From Candidatus Moanibacter sp. (GTDB lineage Bacteria > Verrucomicrobiota > Verrucomicrobiia > Opitutales > UBA2987): a DNA stretch of 64,000 bases. Within the stretch, counting starts at the first letter, position 1; the number at the start of each line of letters is the position of its first letter. The stretch spans positions 2,662,216 to 2,726,215 of the forward strand of contig CBDDCD010000002.1 in assembly GCA_965226025.1 (NCBI GenBank). Reading direction: 5' to 3'. Below, one piece after another: positions 35,701 to 43,214 of this stretch. The position numbers and the translations under genes were made by a program. The notes under the pieces were generated by a model. That model was given only the letters and a program-made list of their open reading frames with translations. It was not told the origin of the DNA and did no database searches.

Positions 35701-36077
35701 CGATGATCCGTATCATGCGGGGTAACCTGCTCGACGAGTTGAACAAGCCCTATGTCACCACCGCCCGTGCCAAAGGGGTGCGACCCGTTAAGCTCCTCTT
35801 CAAGTATCCGGTCCGCCTGGCCCTTAATCCTTTCGTCTCCGGGCTGGGAACCCTCTTCCCCCAGTTAGTCTCCGGTGGTGCCATTGTCGCCCTCATCCTC
35901 AGCCTGCCCACGGTCGGGCCCTTGCTACTGAAAGCGCTACAGATGGAAGACATGTACCTGGCCGGGTCCATGCTCATGCTCCTGAGCCTGCTGGGGATTG
36001 TCGGCACCTTGGTCAGCGATCTGCTCCTGCTTCTCCTTGATCCTCGCATCCGGATGGAGGCGGCGGGTTCGCGCTAG
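32730..36077 (+). CDS. Fused ABC-importer subunit: membrane-anchored family-5 (DppA/OppA/YejA-type) substrate-binding domain + DppB/YejB-type permease
   Basis: 1115 aa. An N-terminal TM segment precedes the SBP motif FAKSWEIRDEFREYTFHLRRGVRWSDGHPLTTEDI. The permease part starts at RRLIIMVPTLAVVSMCAFTIIELPPGDFL, with an EAA-type region ..YVTTARAKGVRPVKLLFKYPVRLALNP. Confidence 0.85.
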   Translation: MNSTNLQAFPRTRLIRMGTFLRPVLQFLVAFAGLLVFLGIWALGFKPEVRDEQLVVDAKEAAEADRMRGARIDPENPVVIWREADYSQGESGSWWPKGESPVLTDLVSEGVLPPVEERVGPEPVVLEGPDGIGRYGGALIKVETATSGEAVHMSGSYSGCSLVRWSPYGYPIVPHFAKSWEIRDEFREYTFHLRRGVRWSDGHPLTTEDIMYYWDHEANEPAISQRPTHIFWHMGKLPAFTPIDEYTLRIRFEDPYRDFLDRLATSHGQHLLRSPAHYLKRYHPVSGDPGFIAEEMARSGMPSPQMLYSYVRRWNNTNHPRLWPWVFRTYKPNPPYIFVRNPYYFAVDPQGNQLPYIDRYVMEERQGDMAEVAAINGELSFHAGFVFSQYSLAMAQRETGDYEVYHWARLNGTEFLVFPNQNLKPLSDDPEVIKKRELIQNKTFRQALSLAMDREFISTVEYSGLLQPAQLAPAPESNFYHEGLMNSHIEHDPVRSGELLDSIGLVGRDEEGFRTFSDGSRLLIYFDFLSYNKRDLAQVVAAQWKEVGLRVIARYRAPRIWYTALDALELELSAGGMSGKINLFVESKNYIATKEAHWARGYGNWYSQGSLFDNPHATGRGAIEPPEGSIYRKMMHLHSQAASAPSLEKQKAIMREALDISAEHLWVISTGFAPPILVIVKNGLKNVPRVGVLNHDFQAPSSAGIETFHWEKVTHDPQVGENIKSALRKITPKPGSAQDESGAGGDSLLARFIRLSLWTIAGLGLLLFAIRHPFVGRRLIIMVPTLAVVSMCAFTIIELPPGDFLTSYMALLELGGDEVDQEQIEDLRSMFELDKPVVFRYLKWAGLIWFTTFKEEDRGLLQGDMGLAMESQNPVNDIVGDRLILTLSISLFAVLFTWSVALPIGVYSAVRQYSPGDYFATFIGFVGMSVPNFLLALILMYFSNRYFGIPITGLFSAEFVAQPYWDGAKVGDLLKHIWVPVVVVGFQGTAAMIRIMRGNLLDELNKPYVTTARAKGVRPVKLLFKYPVRLALNPFVSGLGTLFPQLVSGGAIVALILSLPTVGPLLLKALQMEDMYLAGSMLMLLSLLGIVGTLVSDLLLLLLDPRIRMEAAGSR

Positions 36078-36106
36078 CGCCGCAGCGCGGCGCTAGCGCG
36101 AACCCG
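36064..36106 (+). promoter_or_regulatory. GC-rich hairpin containing the stop codon of the fused SBP-permease gene
   Basis: CGGGTTCGCGCTAGCGCC (36064-36081) pairs with GGCGCTAGCGCGAACCCG (36089-36106), giving 18 bp. The TAG stop at 36075-36077 is in the stem. The structure is conserved at 43148-43188. Confidence 0.6.
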
Positions 36107-36191
36107 AGTTTCGAGTTCCGGGTTGCGAGTTGCGCGGCCTTTTCTGTCTAACTCCTAAGTAAAGATACAATTCAAAAGGACTTACTTACTC

Positions 36192-36551
36192 ATGGCACAG
36201 GATAGCCTGGAGAATTTTGGAGCATACCGGAAGGCGAACGAACTCTTCGATCTCGCCGTAGAAGATATGAGACGCTTGGAGCAAATTCCGATGTGTCGGC
36301 GTTTGATTTCTCAACAGATCGCAAGTGCCGACTCCATCCCCGCTAACATCGAGGAAGGCTATGGCCGAGAGTCAACGAAGGAGGACCGCCACTACCTTGT
36401 AATCTCGCGAGGTTCAGCTCGAGAGACCAGAGGACGCTATCGCCGAATGAAACATTGGCTCGAGTCCTCCCTAATCGAAGATAGAGTCAACCGGTGTGAT
36501 GAGATCATCGGTATCTTGACGAAGGTTATCAATCGGATGAAGGATCAATGA
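36192..36551 (+). CDS. Four-helix-bundle protein (23S rRNA intervening-sequence protein family)
   Basis: 119 aa. ..FGAYRKANELFDLAVE.., ..QIASADSIPANIEEGYGRES.. and ..ISRGSARETRG.. match the family pattern as I recall it. Confidence 0.75.
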   Translation: MAQDSLENFGAYRKANELFDLAVEDMRRLEQIPMCRRLISQQIASADSIPANIEEGYGRESTKEDRHYLVISRGSARETRGRYRRMKHWLESSLIEDRVNRCDEIIGILTKVINRMKDQ

Positions 36552-36608
36552 TGGTCTGTAGTTTGATTCCTAATGGAGGTATTACGTCGATTCTGAGAGA
36601 ATCACCAA

Positions 36609-37796
36609 ATGGACAGTCCCAACGGTAACGCGCCAGCCGCAACTCGAGACACGCAACTCGAAACGCGCAACTCGAAACTCTGGGAAAGCGATCAAGGATC
36701 GCTTTCCCAGTGGCAGCTCATCCGCCTGCGCTTCACGAAGCACAAGGCGGCAGTGGTTTCGCTATACCTTATTTTGGTCCTCTATTTCGTTGCCCTATTC
36801 GCGGAGTTTTTTGCACCGTATTCGAGGGACTGGAATGACACGGATGCAATCTATCACCCTCCTCAGGTGCCTGGTGTGAACCTCGAGCACGGGATTCACG
36901 TGCCCAAATTGCGCCTCCAATTGCACCCGGTCACACTGAGCAAGTATTACATTCGCGAAGAAGCGGACCCAGTGCCGCTCGGATTCTTTGTCATAGGTGA
37001 GCCCTACAAGCTGTGGGGCCTGGTTCCGATGCAGAGGCATTTTTTCGGAGTCGATCTGGAGGAGTACGGCGCCACCCACGAGAACGACGGTTCGGCTCCG
37101 GTCTTCATGTTCCTCGGGGGAGACCGCTACGGAAGGGATATTCTCAGCCGGCTTATTTCCGGCGCCCGCATCAGTCTCTCGATTGGGCTGGTGGCCATCG
37201 CCATCACTTTTGTATTCGGCATCATCATGGGCGGGGTGTCCGGTTACTTTGGAGGCAAAACGGACATCCTGATCCAGCGCCTTATTGAGATCATGAACTC
37301 GTTCCCCCACATTCCGCTGTGGTTGGCGATTGGCGCCATCCTCCCTTCGGAATGGTCACCCCTTAGGATCTATTTTTCCATCACCCTCGTCCTCAGTTTC
37401 CTCAACTGGACCGGTCTGGCCCGCGTCGTGCGCGGCAAGATTCTATCACTTCGGGAGGAAGATTATGTGACTGCCGCGCGCCTCATTGGGGCTGATCATA
37501 CGCGCATCCTTTTCCGGCACCTGGTCCCAGGATTTACTAGCCATATTATCGTTGTTCTGACCTTGAGCATACCAGCGATGATTTTGGGCGAAACCGCCCT
37601 CAGTTTTCTTGGATTGGGATTGCGCCCTCCGGTGGTCAGCTGGGGAGTGATGATGCAGGATTGCCTCAACCTTCAGGTGCTCAACAACTACCCTTGGCTC
37701 CTCATGCCGGTTATAATGACCGTCGTAACGGTGCTCAGCTTTAACTTCCTGGGCGATGGTCTGCGTGATGCAGCGGATCCGTATTCGGCGAATTAG
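36609..37796 (+). CDS. ABC transporter permease (DppC/OppC/YejE-type)
   Basis: FLGGDRYGRDILSRLISGARISLSIGL plus a BPD-transporter core. The first ~25 codons overlap the 3' arm of the hairpin element, so the start is uncertain. Confidence 0.85.
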   Translation: MDSPNGNAPAATRDTQLETRNSKLWESDQGSLSQWQLIRLRFTKHKAAVVSLYLILVLYFVALFAEFFAPYSRDWNDTDAIYHPPQVPGVNLEHGIHVPKLRLQLHPVTLSKYYIREEADPVPLGFFVIGEPYKLWGLVPMQRHFFGVDLEEYGATHENDGSAPVFMFLGGDRYGRDILSRLISGARISLSIGLVAIAITFVFGIIMGGVSGYFGGKTDILIQRLIEIMNSFPHIPLWLAIGAILPSEWSPLRIYFSITLVLSFLNWTGLARVVRGKILSLREEDYVTAARLIGADHTRILFRHLVPGFTSHIIVVLTLSIPAMILGETALSFLGLGLRPPVVSWGVMMQDCLNLQVLNNYPWLLMPVIMTVVTVLSFNFLGDGLRDAADPYSAN

Positions 37797-37891
37797 GAAT
37801 CTGTCGGACTTTGCACTTCGCCACACACTTGAACTTCCGATTAGAGCTTGACGGTCGTAAATTGCAGCAGAGTTCATCCCGACAGATTCCT
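37795..37891. repeat. Family-E hairpin repeat
   Basis: AGGAATCTGTCGGAC (37795-37809) pairs with CCCGACAGATTCCT (37878-37891). The TAG stop of the permease (37794-37796) is the T-A-G of TAGGAATCTGTCGG. Confidence 0.8.
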
Positions 37892-37985
37892 TCCAAGAAA
37901 ATGAAACTGAGATTTGAGACGGAGTGTCATATCGTTTTTCGGCTTTCTGAGAATCCGACGCTGGAAGTTAGCGGCCATTCAATCG

Positions 37986-39464
37986 TCAGCCGAAATAAGT
38001 GATGATCGTCTTGAGCCCGAGGCCAAAGAGGGCCAATCCCGAAATCAGAACGATACCTTTTAGGCCGAGGCCCATACGAAGAGCCTTCGGTAGACGAACT
38101 CTATCGACCCAGAGCATAGCGAAACACCAGAGACCACAGGTCGTGGAGCCACCGATAATCGTCGAGAATGTTAACCGGTCGATGATATTTCCGGCGATCG
38201 ACTGGGGAAGCCAAACCAGGGTCAAACCGCCGACAAAGCAGTAGGCGTAAACCCACCGACGCCAACGCGGCGATGATTGACCGGGGACTTTCTTTTTGAA
38301 GATGCTCACCAGGCACTCGGCCACGGTGTGGCGATAAATAAGAAATGCCCCATACAAAGTGCCGATGAAGGCGAGAAACACGCCCATACGATAGAGAATC
38401 GCCAGTTTCGGATGTAGTAGGGTGAGGTAATTCTCCTGCACGGTCAGAAACTCGCCTCCGTCTGGTATGAGTTGGCGAGGATGGAGAACCTGCGTGCCGA
38501 GGATGGCGAAAAGAAGGGTGACCAGAATGACTAAGAAAAACGATATGCTGGTATCCAGCAGAGGTGCCCGGATCCAGATTTTGGCTTTACTCAATTCGAC
38601 TTTATTCGCTATCGCCGCCTCCAATTCATCCTTCGAAGCGCTTTTTCTCCCAGCCAGGCCCCAACCTTTCTCACGGATGATTCCCACATAGCCTATGTAG
38701 TCAAAGGTTCCTCCTCCGACCGCGCCCAGATAAAGTGCAATCTCGAGCCATTGGCTGCGTTCGACCAACCCTTGATACGCCGCATTCTCAACGATCCACG
38801 GATCGTACCCATGAACCTGGGGTATGAGCATGCCTTGTAGAATCTCCACCAGGTTGGGGCCGAACACAGCCGCGGAAACAATAACGCAGAGGAGCAACGC
38901 GCCCAGAACAACACTGGATACCCGTTCCACCCAATCGTAAGAAGACCATAGGGCCAAGGCGAGGCAGCCAACAAGCGTCGTCGTCGCCCACAAGTTGTAC
39001 CAGAATTCCTCATGACCCCAGGCGGCCACGGAGGGACCTTCCAGCGGCATCTTCAAGAGTCGGTGAATGAAGGTGCCGAGAATCTCGGGCAGGGCCGAAA
39101 AGGCAATCGGCATGACACAGATCGTTGGGATGGTCAGAAGGATGGGAAACCAGAGCGGCGGCCCGGGTATCGCACCCCAACTCACCATAGGATGTTCGCC
39201 CGTGAGAGTATAATGCCGCAGTGCGCTATATACCTGAGCCGCTTTGAAAATCCCGGCATAGAGGAAGCACCACATCATGGTGTAGCCGAATATGGCGCCG
39301 CTACGGGAGGCCATCACCAGTTCGCCGCTTCCAATCGTCACCGAGGCCACGATCAGGCCAGGCCCAACATATTTCAAACCATGCCGAAAGCTGAGGTTGG
39401 ACAACAATTCGGGCGGTTCCGGATAGAGCCCATCTTGTGATTTGGACATCGTTTTAATAGTCAA
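37986..39464 (-). CDS. Nramp-fold (APC-superfamily) transporter lacking the canonical metal-binding motif
   Basis: 492 aa. LKYVGPGLIVASVTIGSGELVMASRSGAIFGY resembles the Nramp TM1 region but reads IGSGE where DPGN is expected. The protein is polytopic throughout. Confidence 0.65.
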   Translation of the reverse strand: MTIKTMSKSQDGLYPEPPELLSNLSFRHGLKYVGPGLIVASVTIGSGELVMASRSGAIFGYTMMWCFLYAGIFKAAQVYSALRHYTLTGEHPMVSWGAIPGPPLWFPILLTIPTICVMPIAFSALPEILGTFIHRLLKMPLEGPSVAAWGHEEFWYNLWATTTLVGCLALALWSSYDWVERVSSVVLGALLLCVIVSAAVFGPNLVEILQGMLIPQVHGYDPWIVENAAYQGLVERSQWLEIALYLGAVGGGTFDYIGYVGIIREKGWGLAGRKSASKDELEAAIANKVELSKAKIWIRAPLLDTSISFFLVILVTLLFAILGTQVLHPRQLIPDGGEFLTVQENYLTLLHPKLAILYRMGVFLAFIGTLYGAFLIYRHTVAECLVSIFKKKVPGQSSPRWRRWVYAYCFVGGLTLVWLPQSIAGNIIDRLTFSTIIGGSTTCGLWCFAMLWVDRVRLPKALRMGLGLKGIVLISGLALFGLGLKTIITYFG

Positions 39465-39560
39465 TTGATTAGTCTCGATATCGCAAGCCTCGGCGAAGCC
39501 CCCCGGCGCATTGACCGTTTTGGGATCAGTCGTGGGTGAAGCTTTCTGAATCCACTAAGA

Positions 39561-39625
39561 CGAAATGCTCACGTATTCCGCTACAGTCTGCGACACGGTC
39601 CGTAGCGGAATGCGTGAGCATTTCG
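39561..39625. repeat. Family-D hairpin repeat
   Basis: CGAAATGCTCACGTATTCCGCTAC (39561-39584) pairs with GTAGCGGAATGCGTGAGCATTTCG (39602-39625). Confidence 0.85.
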
Positions 39626-39815
39626 ACGATCTTGCCGGTGATTTAGGCCTCTCTGAACCTTCCGGAAATCCGTAGGGGGGATAGAAATTTCAAGTCGGGA
39701 ATTCGAACGTTAAGCAGTGGTATTCTGCTTTATAGTATCTATGTTTCCAAAGAGTGAAGTCTGATAGATTCCTAGCACGGACAATTCACACACTTCAAAG
39801 TAGAAGATTTGTGAA

Positions 39816-42800
39816 ATGTTCGGGCTAACGAATAGCAGAACCCTCAAGTCAGCCCTCGAAGCAGGGCTGGTATTGCTCGCATTTTTCTCATCCTGGGTTC
39901 TGCTGGCAGCCCTTTTCAGTTTGGGAGGACACGAAGCAAATCTGTCCTCTCGGGATAGGTCCATCGTTGAGGGGGAGCAGCCGGTTGCCGAGCAAGATAC
40001 CGATGCCTACGCGCCCGTGATCTGGCAGGAGGTGGACTACTCCCTCGGTTCGATTGTCGATTGGTATCCTAAGAACGAGTCGCCCATTCTCGCCGAGTTG
40101 GTGGCGCGGGGCCAACTTCCCCCAGTTTACGAGCGGGTCGGGGAGGAGCCGGTGGTGCTGGAAGGGGTCGACGGTATCGGGAGATACGGTGGAACCTGGT
40201 ATACCGCCAACACGAGTTTCAGACGCATAACAGGAATGCTGGAAGACGTTATGTGCGGTCCCAATCTCGTGCGGTGGTCGCCCATGGGTTATCCGCTGGT
40301 TCCACATATTGCCAAGGCCATTGAGGCCAGCGATGAAAACCGGCAGTTCGTTATTCACATGCGGAAGGGAATGCGATGGTCGGACGGCCATCCTTATACC
40401 GCCGACGATATCCTCTATTTTGCTGAAAGAGAGGCCTACGAACCGGAAGTAGGTGCTCCACCTGCTCAAAATCTACTCCTCTATCGTGGAGGTAAAGCCA
40501 CCGTTGAAAAGCTGGACGACTACACCGTGCGGGTCCGGTTCGAGGCTCCCAACGGTGTTTTCATGGAACGCCTGGCGACTTGGCGGGGGCTCCCGTGGTG
40601 CAATACTCCGGCCCACTACCTGACTCAATTCCATCCCGTGGACGGCGATCCGGAGGTGATCGAGGCCGCCATGAAAGCCTACAGCATGCCGAGCCGGCGA
40701 GCGCTCTATATGTTCCTCAAGGACCCGCAGAATACCGAGCACCCGAGGCTCTGGCCGTGGATCTTTCGAGGCTACAAGGCCAATCCGCCTCTTTCATTCG
40801 TGCGCAACCCTTACTATTTCGCAGTCGATACAAAGGGAAACCAGCTTCCCTATATCGACCGTCTCTTCTTCGATCAAAAACAGAAGGATCTGATCGGAGT
40901 GGCGGCCGCACATGGTGAGTTTTCGTTTCAGTCGGCGAATATCGGTTTCGGCCAATTTACACTGCTCATGTCGGATCGGGATCTTGGCAACTACGAAGTC
41001 CGCCAGTGGCAGCCGACAAACGGAGGGGACTTTGCCATATGCTTCAACCTGAACCATAGGGTTGAAGATTCCAAGCCGGTGTCACCGCTGAAGAGAGAGT
41101 ACTTAAACAATAAGATTTTTCGAAGAGCCCTTTCTCTGGCGATTAACCGGGAAGCCATCATCCACTCCCTCTATGCCGGGATCACGAGACCGTCTCAGTC
41201 GGCGCCACCTCCTGACTCACCCTTCTTCGAGCCTTCTCTCAACAACGCTTATATTGCCTATGACCCGGACGAGTCCAAACGTCTGCTCGATGAAATCGGG
41301 TTGAATAACCGGGACGTAGATGGACTTCGGACATTTCCGGATGGATCGGCCATGCACTTCTTTCTCGATTCCGCTGACCATCACGCCTTTCCTCGAGGAC
41401 TGCCGGAATTCATCGCGGAAGATTGGGCCGAAGTAGGGGTCCGTGTTACTTCGCGCCAGCGAGCCCAGCGCTTGTACACGCTCACTTCCTATTCCTCTCT
41501 CGGAGACATGATTCTACGGGGAGGGCCGATCGATTTCCTGCCCCTGATCAATCCCGAGTTGTACGTTCCCGTGCTGACCTCCGCATTTGCTCCAACCTAC
41601 GGGAAATGGATGGCGAGAGGCGGACTATACGGAAGTCCTGAAGCCTTGCTGCCGGGCGCGGAAGAACCCCCTGAGGGACATCCTGTAAGACGGGCAATGG
41701 AACTCTATGATCGGGCTCTGCAGGCGAGCGGGCTGCCCGAGCAAGTTGAGGTATTCCGTGGAGTTTTGCAGATCGCGGCGGAAAACCTCTGGTCGATCAA
41801 TGTTTCGACTCCCGCGCCGGTAATTGGTGTGGTCAGTAGGGACATGCACAATGTCCCACGCCGAATGCGTTTCTCATGGGAGTTTCTTTCACCTTCCAAC
41901 GCGGGAGTGGAAACTTTCTTTTTCGGCCATCCGGCCGATTCGGCCGGTGCGATCAAGCAGATGCAGCAGGAAATTCTCGAGCCTACTCCGATCTACGGTC
42001 GGGAGGGGGATCGCCCGGCGGAAGCCGAAGGTGCAGGTATTGATAGCGGGCGCATCATTGCCGTCGCGATCAAATATCTCCTCATCGCGATTTTGTTCGG
42101 CTTCTTATTCATGATCTGCCTTCGGCACCCCTTCGTCGTCCGGCGACTCGCCCTGATGGTTCCCACGTTACTTGCTGTATCTGTGTTGATCTTCGTCGTT
42201 ATCGAACTCCCACCGGGAGATCTTCTCGATACCTATATTGCTGAAGTCGAGGAATCGGGCCGGGCTACCGGAGAAAGAGAGCTTGAGGATATCAAGAAAA
42301 TGTTCCTCCTCGATCAGCCCTCATCCTACCGTTACCTGCATTGGCTTGGGTTGCGTTGGTTCCTGACCTTTGACGAGAACGATCGCGGTCTCTTACAGGG
42401 AAACCTGGGGCGTTCAATGTACAACTTTTCCTCCGTCAACGACCTCGTTGGCGATCGTCTTATCCTCACCCTCTGTATCGGCGTGAGCACCGTGCTCTTC
42501 ACCTGGTTGACGGCACTCCCAATCGGGATCTACTCAGCCGTGAAGCAGTATTCGGCTGGTGACTATCTCGCTTCTCTGATCGTTTTCTTCGGAATGTCGA
42601 TGCCCAACTTTCTCCTCGCTCTCCTTCTCATGTACGCCGGAACAAAATTCCTGGGAGTCCAAGTCACGGGACTCTTCTCGGCCGAATTCGCCGGCCAACC
42701 GGAATGGTCGCCGGCCAAGGTCAGAGACCTGCTTCAGCACCTGTGGCTCCCGGTTCTCGTGGTCGGTATCGGGGGGACCGGGCAGATGATCCGCATCATG

Positions 42801-43160
42801 CGTGCTAACCTTCTCGATGAAATGAAAAAAGCCTATGTCATGACGGCCCGCGCCAAGGGAGTTCGTCCCTTCAAGCTGATATTGAAATATCCCGTGCGAC
42901 TCGCCCTCAATCCCTTTGTCTCCGGCCTCGGAACGCTTTTCCCACAGCTGATCTCGGGGGGTACGATCGTCGCTCTGGTGCTCAGCCTTCCCACGGTGGG
43001 GCCGTTGTTGCTGGAGGGGCTCCTGCGGGAGGATATGTTTCTTGCTGGTTCGATGCTCCTCATCCTCAGTTTGATGTCCGTGGTGGGCACGCTGGTGAGT
43101 GACCTGTTGCTCCTAGTTCTCGATCCCAGGATTCGGATGGAGGAGGCCGGTTCGCGCTAG
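39816..43160 (+). CDS. Fused ABC-importer subunit (paralogue of 32730..36077): family-5 SBP domain + DppB/YejB-type permease
   Basis: 1114 aa. HIAKAIEASDENRQFVIHMRKGMRWSDGHPYTADDI and RRLALMVPTLLAVSVLIFVVIELPPGDLL. It is colinear with the first copy along its whole length. Confidence 0.85.
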   Translation: MFGLTNSRTLKSALEAGLVLLAFFSSWVLLAALFSLGGHEANLSSRDRSIVEGEQPVAEQDTDAYAPVIWQEVDYSLGSIVDWYPKNESPILAELVARGQLPPVYERVGEEPVVLEGVDGIGRYGGTWYTANTSFRRITGMLEDVMCGPNLVRWSPMGYPLVPHIAKAIEASDENRQFVIHMRKGMRWSDGHPYTADDILYFAEREAYEPEVGAPPAQNLLLYRGGKATVEKLDDYTVRVRFEAPNGVFMERLATWRGLPWCNTPAHYLTQFHPVDGDPEVIEAAMKAYSMPSRRALYMFLKDPQNTEHPRLWPWIFRGYKANPPLSFVRNPYYFAVDTKGNQLPYIDRLFFDQKQKDLIGVAAAHGEFSFQSANIGFGQFTLLMSDRDLGNYEVRQWQPTNGGDFAICFNLNHRVEDSKPVSPLKREYLNNKIFRRALSLAINREAIIHSLYAGITRPSQSAPPPDSPFFEPSLNNAYIAYDPDESKRLLDEIGLNNRDVDGLRTFPDGSAMHFFLDSADHHAFPRGLPEFIAEDWAEVGVRVTSRQRAQRLYTLTSYSSLGDMILRGGPIDFLPLINPELYVPVLTSAFAPTYGKWMARGGLYGSPEALLPGAEEPPEGHPVRRAMELYDRALQASGLPEQVEVFRGVLQIAAENLWSINVSTPAPVIGVVSRDMHNVPRRMRFSWEFLSPSNAGVETFFFGHPADSAGAIKQMQQEILEPTPIYGREGDRPAEAEGAGIDSGRIIAVAIKYLLIAILFGFLFMICLRHPFVVRRLALMVPTLLAVSVLIFVVIELPPGDLLDTYIAEVEESGRATGERELEDIKKMFLLDQPSSYRYLHWLGLRWFLTFDENDRGLLQGNLGRSMYNFSSVNDLVGDRLILTLCIGVSTVLFTWLTALPIGIYSAVKQYSAGDYLASLIVFFGMSMPNFLLALLLMYAGTKFLGVQVTGLFSAEFAGQPEWSPAKVRDLLQHLWLPVLVVGIGGTGQMIRIMRANLLDEMKKAYVMTARAKGVRPFKLILKYPVRLALNPFVSGLGTLFPQLISGGTIVALVLSLPTVGPLLLEGLLREDMFLAGSMLLILSLMSVVGTLVSDLLLLVLDPRIRMEEAGSR

Positions 43161-43188
43161 CGCCCCGCAGCGGCGCTAGCGTGAACCG
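43148..43188 (+). promoter_or_regulatory. GC-rich hairpin containing the stop codon (paralogous to 36064-36106)
   Basis: CGGTTCGCGCTAGCGCC pairs with GGCGCTAGCGTGAACCG. The TAG stop at 43158-43160 is in the stem. Confidence 0.6.
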
Positions 43189-43214
43189 AAGTATCGAGTT
43201 TCGAGTTTCGTGTC

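Noticed and set aside
36609-36690. Treating the repeat-derived N-terminal ~25 codons of the DppC-like permease (TRDTQLETRNSKL) as evidence that the arm repeat is protein-coding.
   Set aside because: The paralogue has a different N-terminal sequence over its own arm copy. The region is complementary to the upstream arm. The true start codon cannot be fixed from sequence alone.
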